Positions 30,848 to 39,580 of a DNA stretch of 64,000 nt are shown piece after piece. The position numbers and the translations under genes were made by a program. The DNA lies in NCBI GenBank assembly GCA_049792675.1, contig JBARBD010000101.1, positions 1,091-65,090 of the forward strand. Direction: 5' to 3'. How positions within the stretch are numbered: position 1 is the first letter of the stretch; every line of letters begins with the position of its first letter. This stretch comes from Vulcanimicrobiaceae bacterium. GTDB taxonomy: Bacteria > Vulcanimicrobiota > Vulcanimicrobiia > Vulcanimicrobiales > Vulcanimicrobiaceae. The notes beneath the pieces were generated by a model. The model was not told the DNA's origin, ran no database searches, and was given only the letters and a program-made list of their open reading frames with translations.

Positions 30848-30909
30848 CCGGAGTCAACGAACCCCGGGCGGGACCCAGCGACGCCGAAACCGCGAGGTTG
30901 CGTCGGCGT

Positions 30910-30918
30910 GTTATACTA
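30910..30918 (+). promoter_or_regulatory. Possible extended -10 promoter element (TGtTATACT) for ssrA
   Basis: TGTTATACT lies 33 nt upstream of the mature tmRNA 5' end. I found no good -35. Speculative. Confidence 0.3.
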
Positions 30919-30951
30919 TCTGTCGCCCACGGCTGTGGGCGAACGGTCGCG

Positions 30952-31305
30952 GGGCTGAAATAGGTTCGACAAGAGGATCCGCGGTCGACGTCAGCAGGCG
31001 GAGTTGCGAGCTCTCCTAAAACGATCGCAACGGCAATATCTGCCAATAACGAATACGCACTGGCTGCCTAATCTAGGCTAGTCACCGGACGCAGAGAGTC
31101 GGCCCGAACCACTCTGCCTTCCGGTCATCAACTCGGGCTGGCACGCGCGCATGATTCGACGCTCGTGTAAGAACAAGGATCTGCAGCGACCGGTAAGCCA
31201 CGCTTTGAGGCGTCCGGGCGACCAAGTTAAACTCGAAGCTGAGCCTGGAGAACGCGTCGGTCGGGCTTCTTGGACTCGGGGGGCAGTACCCCGACAGCTC
31301 CACCA
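30952..31305 (+). ncRNA. ssrA: tmRNA (SsrA), one-piece
   Basis: 5' GGGGCTGAAATAGGTTCGAC pairs with 3' CAGCTCC-ACCA, including the G3:U identity pair. Internal tag frame ends GCC AAT AAC GAA TAC GCA CTG GCT GCC TAA (ANNEYALAA stop, stop at 31069-31071). The resume codon could be GCA 31027 or GCA 31033. Confidence 0.92.
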
Positions 31306-31322
31306 ACCTTTTGTACCGTGGT

Positions 31323-31943
31323 ATGCTACCGTCGATGAGCGACGATAGGCCCTCGACCCCGGGATTCGTCGGTAAGCGGCACCCAACCGGCGGCGCGCTT
31401 CCGCCTGGGCAGTATCTCACGGCCGACTTTCCCGTGCTATCGGCGGGCCCAACGCCCGCGGTCGACCTCGCGGCGTGGGAGTTCGTCGTCACCTCCGAAA
31501 CCGGGCTTGACCGGCGTTGGAGCTGGGCCGAATTCCGCTCGCTGCCCAGCGAGCACGTTAGCGCCGACATTCACTGCGTCACGCGGTGGTCGAAGTTTCA
31601 CACGGCTTGGGAAGGCGTGGCGATCGACACCTTGCTGCGGGATGTGCCGACCGAAGCTCGTTTCGTCATGGCGCATTCGTACGGCGGCTACACCACCAAC
31701 GTGCCCCTTGCGGATCTGCGCGATGGAAAGGCGTGGATCGCGTTCCGCTATGACGACAAGGATTTAGAACCGGAGCACGGGGGACCGGCGCGGCTCTTGG
31801 TCCCGCATTTATATTTCTGGAAAAGCGCAAAGTGGATCCGCGGCCTGACGCTTATGCCCGCGGACGAGCCGGGTTTTTGGGAGCAGCTTGGCTACAACAA
31901 CTATGGAGATCCATGGCGGGAACAGCGGTACGCGGGCGACTGA
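31323..31943 (+). CDS. Small sulfite-oxidase-fold molybdopterin-binding oxidoreductase (no signal peptide)
   Basis: DIHCVTRWSKFHTAWEGV (Mo-ligand Cys context), GGPARLLVPHLYFWKSAKW. Start uncertain (ATG 31323 or 31335); the track start at 31311 comes only 6 nt after the tmRNA 3' end (31305), so the downstream ATGs are preferred. Confidence 0.75.
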   Translation: MLPSMSDDRPSTPGFVGKRHPTGGALPPGQYLTADFPVLSAGPTPAVDLAAWEFVVTSETGLDRRWSWAEFRSLPSEHVSADIHCVTRWSKFHTAWEGVAIDTLLRDVPTEARFVMAHSYGGYTTNVPLADLRDGKAWIAFRYDDKDLEPEHGGPARLLVPHLYFWKSAKWIRGLTLMPADEPGFWEQLGYNNYGDPWREQRYAGD

Positions 31944-32665
31944 ACTGGTACGATGCCAAGGTCGTCGAGCGGCGGAGGGAGACGCAACGTGCGAGCACCC
32001 TCGTGCTGGCGGTGCCCGGCTGGCCCGGACACGACGCCGGCCAGCACGTTGACGTCCGTCTACGCGCGGCGGACGGGTATACCGCGGTCCGGACCTATTC
32101 GATCGCGAGCGCGCCGGAGGGCGAGCGGCTCGAGCTGACGATCGAGCTCATGCCCGACGGCGAAGTCTCTCCCTACCTCGTCCAGAGCGCCACGCCGGGC
32201 AGTCCCCTCGAGATACTCGGTCCGATCGGCGGATGGTTTGTGTGGCGAGCCGACTCGCCGGATGCGGTTCAGTTGATTGCCGGCGGCTCCGGTATCGTGC
32301 CGCTGATGGCAATGATCAGAACCCGGGCGCGTGACGGATCTCGCGTCCCCTTCCGCTTGCTCTATTCCGTACGGCAGCCGGACGCGGTGATCTACGCAGA
32401 CGAGCTCCAGCGTCGCTCGCAAGCCGGCGACGGGCTGACCACGACGTTGGCCTACACGCGGGCAGTACCGGCCGGGTGGCCGGCACAACCCAAGCGCATC
32501 GATGCAGCGCTCGTTACGGCGACGACGATTCCCGCTTCAGAGAAGCCGGTCTGTTACGTCTGCGGGCCGACCGGATTCGTGGAGACCGTCGCAGATCTAT
32601 TGACGAGCGTCGGTCACGACCCGGCGCGCATCAAGACCGAACGCTTTGGGCCGACCGCCGGCTGA
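31913..32665 (+). CDS. FNR-like FAD/NAD(P)-binding ferredoxin reductase-type oxidoreductase
   Basis: RTYSIAS (RxYS FAD motif), LIAGGSGIVPLMAM, CYVCGPTGFVE. No Fe-S domain visible. ATG 31913 overlaps the upstream gene by 31 nt. Confidence 0.8.
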   Translation: MAGTAVRGRLNWYDAKVVERRRETQRASTLVLAVPGWPGHDAGQHVDVRLRAADGYTAVRTYSIASAPEGERLELTIELMPDGEVSPYLVQSATPGSPLEILGPIGGWFVWRADSPDAVQLIAGGSGIVPLMAMIRTRARDGSRVPFRLLYSVRQPDAVIYADELQRRSQAGDGLTTTLAYTRAVPAGWPAQPKRIDAALVTATTIPASEKPVCYVCGPTGFVETVADLLTSVGHDPARIKTERFGPTAG

Positions 32666-32689
32666 CGACGCGGCGATCGCGGTACGCAG

Positions 32690-33262
32690 TCAAAGGGCGA
32701 AGCCCCAAAAAAAGCCGACCAATCCCACCATCCCGGCAGTCAGGCTGACGTACCAAGCCGGCCTGAAACGTGCGAGCGCGGCGACCGCCCCCAGCGCGAT
32801 CGCAACCTGCAGCAGCGCAACGGCGTACTCGAACGCGTGGTGGCGGCGCACTTCGGCGACGGAGTCCTCTTCCAGGTTGCGTGCCGAGGCGGCGAGCGGC
32901 CCCTCTTTCGCGTTCTCTTTGGCGACCTGCCCGCGATAGTCGCGGATCCGCGCCGCGTTGGGCGATCCGCGATCGATCAGCTCGTTGAGCGCGATGGTGT
33001 AGAGGTGCTCTTTCTCGCGGGACGCCTGGTACTGGGCCCACGTGTCCGAGGCCTTGATCTGGTCGATCGTGGCTTCGTTGATCAGCGCACCGGATCGCAG
33101 CGCGGCAATCGCGGCGACGACGGCAAAGATCGCGGCGCTCAAGCCGACGTACCGAAGCCAGCGGGAGCTGCGCTCCTGGGCGGCCTTCTCTGCCAGCTCC
33201 TCGTGCGCTTCGGCTATCTGCTCTTGCAGCCGGTGCGGCTCGAGCTCAATATGTTCCGGCAT
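32690..33262 (-). CDS. DUF4337-like membrane protein
   Basis: Charged helical N-terminus, a TM segment, ASDTWAQYQASREKEH, and a C-terminal TM pair. The pattern matches my memory of DUF4337. Confidence 0.55.
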   Translation of the reverse strand: MPEHIELEPHRLQEQIAEAHEELAEKAAQERSSRWLRYVGLSAAIFAVVAAIAALRSGALINEATIDQIKASDTWAQYQASREKEHLYTIALNELIDRGSPNAARIRDYRGQVAKENAKEGPLAASARNLEEDSVAEVRRHHAFEYAVALLQVAIALGAVAALARFRPAWYVSLTAGMVGLVGFFWGFAL

Positions 33263-33408
33263 CGCTCATGCTCTCTCACTATACGCAACCGGTCCCTACG
33301 TCCTCTGCCCCTGGTCGGGGGCGCTCGCCTGCAGGGTCTCTTCGCAGGAATGGTCTTCCGAAACGTGGATTCCTAGGTGACGTTGACCATCCCTTAGGAG
33401 GCGTGACC

Positions 33409-34809
33409 ATGGTTGGAGCTTCTCGTCGCGCGTTGATGGCGGCCGTGATCGCGGGGCTCGCGCTCTCGGCGCTCCCATCGGTCGCACCGGCTCAGAACAT
33501 TACCGTCATCGTCGACGGGCAGCCGCTCTATCTCAACCCCGGACCGATCGAACGCAACGGGCGCACGTTCGTTCCGATGCGCCAGATCTTCGAGCGCCTC
33601 GGCGCCGGCGTCGTCTACAACGCCGGGACGATCAACGCGACAAAGGGCAGCACGACGATCTCGCTGCGGATCGGTTCGAGCCAAGCAACGGTAAACGGCC
33701 AGCCGCAGACGCTCGACGTGGCGCCGTTCATCGTCGGTTCGACGACGTACGTCCCGCTGCGCTTCGTGGCGCAGTCGCTTGGCGCGACCGTCGGCTACGA
33801 CCCGGCGACGCGCGTCGTGACGATCAATAGCGGCCAGTCGGCAGGAGGCGGGCCGCCGCCACCGCCGCATCCGCGTCCGCCCTATCCGCCTCCGCCGCCC
33901 TATCCGCCACCGCCTCCGCCGCGGCCGCCGGTCAGCGTCGTCCAGTTGCGTTCGCATCAGCCGTCGCCCGGCTCGGTCGTGCACGACCGGTTCACGACGA
34001 TCGCGGCCGACTTCTCGCTCCGCGTCAATGCCGACAGCGTGCGCGTCCGTATCAACGGAAACGACGTCACCTATCGCGCGGGCGTCACCGCGACCGGCTT
34101 CTCGTATCGGCCGCCTGCGCCGCTCGATCTGGGTTCGCACACGGTTCGCGTGACCGGCCGCGACTTCGGCGGCGGCACGTTCGACCGGTCGTGGTCGTTC
34201 ACCGTTTCGGGCGGGCAACCGCCCTCGAATCCGATCGAGCTGCGCAATCAGCGGCCCGTTCCCGACACAAAGGTCAGCGATCGGTTTGCGGTGATCTCGG
34301 CCGAGTTCAATCGCAATGCCGATCCGCCGAGCGTGCGCGTGACCCTCGACGGCAACAACATCACGACGCGTAGCGGCGTCTCGGCGACGGGCTTTTCGTA
34401 CAAACCGCCGGCGCCGCTCGATTACGGCTCGCACAACGTGCGCGTGATCGGACGCGGCCAAGGCGGGACGCCGTTCGACCGGTCGTGGTCGTTCTCGGTC
34501 GTTCGCTCGGGCCCGCCCGAGATGCGCTTGACGATCAACCAACCGGCGCCGAACGCGGCCGTCGATGCAAACTTCCTCGTTCAAGGCAACACCGTCGGCA
34601 ACGCTTCGATAACCGTTACCGCCGGCGCGACGCCGTCGAGCACCGGGGAGTTCAGCGGCTCGACCACGGCCGGGCCGCAAGGCAACTTCCGGATCAACGT
34701 CAAGTTGGCGACGATGCCAGGCCAGCAGGCAGTCACCGTAAAGATCACGGCGACCGATTCGTCGGGGCAGAGCACGCAGCAGACGTTACAGCTGCGCTTG
34801 AATCAGTAG
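33409..34809 (+). CDS. Secreted protein: copper-amine-oxidase N-terminal-like domain, Pro-rich linker, tandem Ig-like repeats
   Basis: Signal peptide, then ITVIVDGQPLYLNPGPIERNGRTFVPMRQIFERLGA...TTYVPLRFVAQSLGATV. A PPPPPHPRPPYPPPPPYPPPPPPRPP linker follows, then two clear repeats of about 98 aa ending DRSWSF(T/S)V and a third Ig-like module. Confidence 0.75.
   Translation: MVGASRRALMAAVIAGLALSALPSVAPAQNITVIVDGQPLYLNPGPIERNGRTFVPMRQIFERLGAGVVYNAGTINATKGSTTISLRIGSSQATVNGQPQTLDVAPFIVGSTTYVPLRFVAQSLGATVGYDPATRVVTINSGQSAGGGPPPPPHPRPPYPPPPPYPPPPPPRPPVSVVQLRSHQPSPGSVVHDRFTTIAADFSLRVNADSVRVRINGNDVTYRAGVTATGFSYRPPAPLDLGSHTVRVTGRDFGGGTFDRSWSFTVSGGQPPSNPIELRNQRPVPDTKVSDRFAVISAEFNRNADPPSVRVTLDGNNITTRSGVSATGFSYKPPAPLDYGSHNVRVIGRGQGGTPFDRSWSFSVVRSGPPEMRLTINQPAPNAAVDANFLVQGNTVGNASITVTAGATPSSTGEFSGSTTAGPQGNFRINVKLATMPGQQAVTVKITATDSSGQSTQQTLQLRLNQ
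33937..34506 (+). repeat. Intragenic tandem duplication (two domain repeats of about 98 codons)
   Basis: An identical 21-mer ttcgaccggtcgtggtcgttc occurs at 34180-34200 and 34474-34494, exactly 294 nt apart. The protein repeats align: SVRV..NGN.(V/I)T.R(A/S)GV(T/S)ATGFSY(R/K)PPAPLD.GSH.VRV.GR...G..FDRSWSF. Confidence 0.8.
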
Positions 34810-34826
34810 CGACGCCGGGCGCGAGC

Positions 34827-35291
34827 ATGCCCGCTGACGAGACGATCTCGCTGGCGACCGCCGCAGACGTCGCGGCAATCGCGCCCTTGTTCGACGCGTA
34901 TCGCGCCTTCTTCGCGGGCTACGGCGACGCCGTTGAGTCGCGCCGATTCCTAGACGACCGGTTGGCGCGCCGGGAGTCGGTCGTCTTTCTCGCGCGCGCC
35001 GGCGACGAGGTCGCAGGCTTCATCCAGCTCTATCCGCTCTGGTCTTCTTGGTACTGCCGGCGAATCTGGTTCCTCAGCGATCTCTACGTCGCCGAGTCCG
35101 CGCGTCAGCGCGGGCTCGGACGGCGCCTAGTCGAGCGCGTCGTCGCCTACGCGAAGGAGACGAAGGCTTCGAGCGTGATGGTCGAGCTGCCGCGGCGCGA
35201 GCCGCATCTTGCGGAGTTCTATGCGAAGCTTGGGTTCGATCGCGACGAGGTCTTCGAGCTGGCGCGCTACCTAGTACTAGGCGATTCCTAA
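34827..35291 (+). CDS. GNAT family N-acetyltransferase
   Basis: 154 aa with LYVAESARQRGLGRRLVERVVAYA (acetyl-CoA binding Q/RxxGxG/A motif). ATG 34827 follows the upstream stop. Confidence 0.8.
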   Translation: MPADETISLATAADVAAIAPLFDAYRAFFAGYGDAVESRRFLDDRLARRESVVFLARAGDEVAGFIQLYPLWSSWYCRRIWFLSDLYVAESARQRGLGRRLVERVVAYAKETKASSVMVELPRREPHLAEFYAKLGFDRDEVFELARYLVLGDS

Positions 35292-35294
35292 TCA

Positions 35295-35678
35295 ATGGAA
35301 ACCGGCGTGACAAAACCGAGTCGCTACCCGTACGCCGAGACGATCGTCCGGCTCACCCAAGCGATCGTCGACGCGGGCAACCGCATCTTCGCAACGATCG
35401 ATCAATCGAAAGCCGCGCAGGAGGCCGGCCTTGCGCTGCGGCCGACGACGCTGATCCTCTTCGGCAATCCGAAGGGCGGCACGCCTCTGATGGAGGCGTA
35501 CCCGCTTTTCGCGCTCGACCTGCCGCTAAAGCTGCTGGTATGGGAGGAAGACGGGCGCTGCAAGGTCGCGTTCGTTCCCGCTTCCGAGATCGCCGCGCGC
35601 TACGGTATCACCGGCATGGATCGGATCGTCAGCGCAATGGATGCAGCGCTACGCGCGCTGATCGATTCGGTCGCTTAG
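35295..35678 (+). CDS. DUF302 domain protein
   Basis: 127 aa with LILFGNPKGGTPLM and LDLPLKLLVWEE, characteristic of DUF302. Confidence 0.7.
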   Translation: METGVTKPSRYPYAETIVRLTQAIVDAGNRIFATIDQSKAAQEAGLALRPTTLILFGNPKGGTPLMEAYPLFALDLPLKLLVWEEDGRCKVAFVPASEIAARYGITGMDRIVSAMDAALRALIDSVA

Positions 35679-36166
35679 CGCTTTTCGAACGCCGACAGCA
35701 CTTTCGGCGGCAGCAGCCAGAGCAGCGTGCCGGTGCGCGACGACGGATCGGCGAGCTCGACGCACGCAAGCGCGCCCTTCTTGAGCTCGATGCCGGCGCC
35801 GCCCGCGAGCCGGCCGATGGTTGCGCTCATCGACGGCTCGTGGCCGACCAGCATGAGCGATTCGGCGCCGGCGTGCTCGGCGAGCAGCGCGCCGAGCCGG
35901 TCGACGCCCAAGCCGTTGCCGAGGCGCTTGTCTTCGATCAAGCGGGCGCCCATCTTCAAACGTTGCGCGACGATCTCGGCGGTCTGCCTCGCGCGAGCGA
36001 GCGGGCTCGTGACGATCACGTCGAGTCCGAGCGCGAGATCGGCAATCGCCTTCGCCTCGCGCTCCATGCGCTCTCGCCCTTCCCTCGTGAGCGGCCGGTC
36101 GAAGTCGTCGCCGCGCCACTCGGCCGGTTCGGCCGCCAGACCGTGACGTAAGAAGTAACACTTCAT
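35675..36166 (-). CDS. sixA: Phosphohistidine phosphatase SixA-like (histidine phosphatase superfamily)
   Basis: MKCYFLRHGLA (RHG catalytic motif) and LVGHEPSMS. 163 aa. Confidence 0.75.
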   Translation of the reverse strand: MKCYFLRHGLAAEPAEWRGDDFDRPLTREGRERMEREAKAIADLALGLDVIVTSPLARARQTAEIVAQRLKMGARLIEDKRLGNGLGVDRLGALLAEHAGAESLMLVGHEPSMSATIGRLAGGAGIELKKGALACVELADPSSRTGTLLWLLPPKVLSAFEKR

Positions 36167-36258
36167 CGCCGGTCAGATACGTCGCCGAGGCATCGAACTC
36201 CCCAGGGCGGCCGAAAAGGCCTGCCGCGCTGAGGTATGAAAATCCAGGGGCGGCACCG

Positions 36259-37425
36259 ATGAGCAAGAGCTGGCAGACGCGCCTGATTCACCCCGACGCG
36301 ACGATTCCGCAGGGCTATCGTTCGCTTGCAACGCCGGTCTATCGCGGCTCGACGACCCTGTTCGCGTCGGCCTCTGCGGTTACGGATGCATGGGACCAGG
36401 AGCGTTCCGGCTATACCTACGGCCTCTACGGCACGCCGACGGCGCTCGAACTCGCGGCGCGCATCTGCGAGCTGGAATCGGGAGCGCACACCGTACTCAC
36501 TCCCGGCGGTCAATCCGCGATCTCGCTGATCGACCTCGCGTTGCTGCACGCGGGCGACCGCGTGCTGCTGCCTAGCAGCGCCTACAAGCCCAACCGTTTG
36601 CTCACCACCGATCTGCTCGCGCGCTTCGGCGTCACGGCGACGTTGTACGATCCGTGCATCGGTTCGGAAATCGCCGAGCTGATCGACGACCAAACGCGAC
36701 TGGTCTGGACCGAGAGCCCCGGCTCGGTCACCATGGAGGTCCAGGACGTTCCGGCAATCGCTGCGGCGGCGCACCAGCGCGGCGCGCTGGTCGTGCTCGA
36801 CAACACCTGGTCGGCGGGCGTGCTCTTCGACGCGTTCGCGCATGGCGTGGATATTACGATGCAAGCGCTCACCAAGTACGTCGGCGGTCACAGCGACCTG
36901 CTCTTGGGATCGGTGACGGTCCGCGACGAGGCGATCTACCAGCGCCTGGGCGTCGCGCGAAAAGTAATCGGAGCCGCCGTCTCTCCCGACGAATGCAGCC
37001 TTGCACTGCGCGGACTCCAGACTCTCGGCGTGCGTTTGAGCGCGGTCGAGACCTCGGCGCTCGCGATCGCGCGATGGCTTACCGATCGCCCCGAGGTAGA
37101 GCGCGTGCTCCACCCGGCGCTCCCCTCGTCTCCCGGCCACGAGCTGTGGAAACGAGACTTTCTCGGCTCGTCGGGCCTCTTTTCGTTCGTGCTTGCGCCC
37201 GGCCCCGACCAACGGCGGGTCCACGCGTTCGTCGACGCGCTGCGTCTCTTCAAAGTCGGATATAGCTGGGCCGGGACGACGAGCCTCGCGGTCGCGTATC
37301 GCATAGCGCCGGCGCCCGGACGTCCGTCCTACGATCACCGCTTAGTGCGGCTAAGCATCGGGCTCGAGTCGACGGACGATCTCGTCGCCGATCTCGAAGA
37401 GGCATTCTCCGCGTTGCGCCCTTAG
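36259..37425 (+). CDS. metC: Cystathionine beta-lyase / Cys-Met metabolism PLP enzyme
   Basis: TRLIHPD, YGLYGTPT, and TKYVGGHSDLLLG (PLP-Lys context). Confidence 0.8.
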   Translation: MSKSWQTRLIHPDATIPQGYRSLATPVYRGSTTLFASASAVTDAWDQERSGYTYGLYGTPTALELAARICELESGAHTVLTPGGQSAISLIDLALLHAGDRVLLPSSAYKPNRLLTTDLLARFGVTATLYDPCIGSEIAELIDDQTRLVWTESPGSVTMEVQDVPAIAAAAHQRGALVVLDNTWSAGVLFDAFAHGVDITMQALTKYVGGHSDLLLGSVTVRDEAIYQRLGVARKVIGAAVSPDECSLALRGLQTLGVRLSAVETSALAIARWLTDRPEVERVLHPALPSSPGHELWKRDFLGSSGLFSFVLAPGPDQRRVHAFVDALRLFKVGYSWAGTTSLAVAYRIAPAPGRPSYDHRLVRLSIGLESTDDLVADLEEAFSALRP

Positions 37426-38216
37426 CGGTTCGGGAGGAAGAGCGTCCCCTCGATGATCGGCACGCACTCGCCGGTGAGACGCACGCGATCGCCCCGGTGC
37501 TCGAGCCAGAGTTCGCCGCCGCGCGACGAAAGCTGACGCGCGAAGAGGCGCGCCTTGCCGAGCACGCCCGACCAGTAGGGCGTTAGCACGCAATGTGCAG
37601 ACCCGGTGACCGGGTCCTCAGCAATCCCGTACTTCGGCGCAAAGTAGCGCGAGACGAAATCGCAGTCGCCCTCGAATCCCGGCGCGGTTACGACCAAGCT
37701 CGAGAAGGGCAGCGCCGCGATCTTGTTGATGTCGGGCTTGAGCTCTCGCACCTGTATCGCATGCTCGAAGACGGCGACGCCGCGGTCGGCTTCCCAGAGC
37801 TCGGCCGGACGAACTCCGAGGGCGTCCGCGACGATCGAGGGATCGTGCTCTCGCTCGATCGGCAGCGCCGGGAAATCCAGCGTGAGGCGTTCGCCGTCCC
37901 GCTCGACTTCGAGGCGTCCCGAGAGCGTGTGGAAGGCGACGCGGTCGCGCCCGGGTTCGAGGTGGTTGAAGATGACGTGTCCGCTTGCGAGCGTGGCGTG
38001 GCCGCAGAGCTTGATCTCGACCGACGGCGTAAACCAGCGCAGTTGATAATCCTTGCCGTCCGGCACGAAAAAGGCGGTCTCGGGTAGATTGTTCTCGGCC
38101 GCGATCGCGATCAACGTGCGGTCGTCGAGCCATCCTTCGAGCGGGCATACCGCGGCCGGATTTCCGCCGAAGGCCTCCCGAGTAAACGCGTCGAGATGAT
38201 AGAGTGGGATCTTCAC
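37422..38216 (-). CDS. PhzF-family isomerase/epimerase-like protein
   Basis: VKIPLYHLDAFTREAFGGNPAAVCPLEGWL...NLPETAFF...CGHATLAS...GSAHCVL. GTG 38216; the upstream part of the 533-aa track ORF is Arg/Gly-rich junk. Confidence 0.85.
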   Translation of the reverse strand: MKIPLYHLDAFTREAFGGNPAAVCPLEGWLDDRTLIAIAAENNLPETAFFVPDGKDYQLRWFTPSVEIKLCGHATLASGHVIFNHLEPGRDRVAFHTLSGRLEVERDGERLTLDFPALPIEREHDPSIVADALGVRPAELWEADRGVAVFEHAIQVRELKPDINKIAALPFSSLVVTAPGFEGDCDFVSRYFAPKYGIAEDPVTGSAHCVLTPYWSGVLGKARLFARQLSSRGGELWLEHRGDRVRLTGECVPIIEGTLFLPNR

Positions 38217-38366
38217 GCCGTCGCCTTCGTCGCCGGCGTCGCGAAATCTGCTTGCACTTTCCACGGTGAAGGAACCGCTTTGCCTGCGATTCCGGTACGA
38301 AAAGAGGGCGAGTCGCCGCCTTGCGCCTGCCCGGCCGTTATGCGGCGTGCTAGGATTTGAAATACG

Positions 38367-39563
38367 TTGAAGATAGAGCGGTCTACGATCCTCCGGTTTG
38401 CGGCCGTGCTCGCGGCTGCGGGCGTCGCAGCCTGCGGCGGCGGCGCGAACCGTATTCCGGCCGCGACCGGCGCGGGCGCGATTCCGTTCGCGCCATCCGC
38501 CAACGTGCGCCGTGTCTGTCCCGACACCGGCGATCCGGATCGCGCTTTCTGCTTGTCGCTCGTCCGCACCGACGTCCGTCCCGATCTGCCGTCCGGTTAC
38601 GGACCGAGCGATCTGCAGTCGGCCTACAATCTGCCGTCCACGACCGCGGGCTCCGGGCAGACGGTCGCGATCGTGGATGCCTACGACGACCCCAACGCCG
38701 AGGCCGACCTCTTCAACTACCGTAACACGTTCGGGCTTCCCGTCTGTTCCACGCTCAACGGCTGCTTCAAGAAGCTCAATCAAAACGGCAAGAAGCATCC
38801 GCTGCCCGCGCCGAACGCCGATTGGTCGATCGAGATCTCGCTCGATTTGGACATGGTTTCGGCGGCCTGCCCCAACTGTAATATCTTGCTCGTCGAAGCG
38901 AAGAAGAACACCTGGAGCGATCTCGGCGCGTCGGTCGACGAGGCCGTGAAGCTCGGCGCGACGATCGTCAGCAACAGCTACGGCGGGATTAGCCAGCGCG
39001 CGAAGGCTTCCGACTACGACCATTCCGGCGTCATCATTCTAGCCAGCGGCGGCGACAGCGGCTACTACGGCAATCACAATCTCGAGCCGGCCGGCTTCCC
39101 CAGCGTCGTCGCGGTCGGCGGGACGCGACTGGTGCCCGCAGGCGGCAGCCGCGGCTGGAGCGAGAGCGTCTGGAACGGTACCGGCAGCGGCTGCTCGAAA
39201 CTGCCGAAGCCGTCGTGGCAGACCGACTCCGCCTGCAAACATCGCACGGCAAACGACGTCGCCGCCGTCGGCGATCCGCAAACCGGCGTCGCCGTTTACG
39301 ATAGTTATCAGCAATCGGGATGGTTCGTCGTCGGCGGCACGAGCGCCGGCTCGCCGCTCAATGCGGGGGTCTTCGCATTGGCCGGCAACGCGTCGCACCT
39401 GGATGCCGCCGAATCGTTCTACCAGCCCGCAAACCAGCAGTATCTCAACGACGTGACCGGCGGCTCGAACGGCAGCTGTTCGCCCGCCTACCTTTGCACC
39501 GGTCAGGTCGGGTACGACGCGCCGACCGGGTGGGGAACGCCCAACGGCACCGGCGCTTACTAA
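38367..39563 (+). CDS. Secreted S53 (sedolisin)-like serine peptidase lipoprotein
   Basis: Lipoprotein signal (AAAGVAACGG), PSDLQSAYNLP, GQTVAIVDAYDDPNAEADLFNYRNTFGLP, ASGGDSGYYG, GGTSAGSPLNAG (nucleophile Ser context). Confidence 0.75.
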   Translation: MKIERSTILRFAAVLAAAGVAACGGGANRIPAATGAGAIPFAPSANVRRVCPDTGDPDRAFCLSLVRTDVRPDLPSGYGPSDLQSAYNLPSTTAGSGQTVAIVDAYDDPNAEADLFNYRNTFGLPVCSTLNGCFKKLNQNGKKHPLPAPNADWSIEISLDLDMVSAACPNCNILLVEAKKNTWSDLGASVDEAVKLGATIVSNSYGGISQRAKASDYDHSGVIILASGGDSGYYGNHNLEPAGFPSVVAVGGTRLVPAGGSRGWSESVWNGTGSGCSKLPKPSWQTDSACKHRTANDVAAVGDPQTGVAVYDSYQQSGWFVVGGTSAGSPLNAGVFALAGNASHLDAAESFYQPANQQYLNDVTGGSNGSCSPAYLCTGQVGYDAPTGWGTPNGTGAY

Positions 39564-39580
39564 ACTGAGGAGAGAGTTCG

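Noticed and set aside
31078-31570. ORFs 31078-31386 (-), 31082-31570 (-) and 31151-31348 (+).
   Set aside because: They lie on the tmRNA gene, whose acceptor stem, tag frame and CCA end are unambiguous.
30952-33300. Genomic island integrated at the ssrA 3' end.
   Set aside because: No integrase or recombinase gene, no obvious direct repeat of the ssrA 3' end, and no GC shift downstream.
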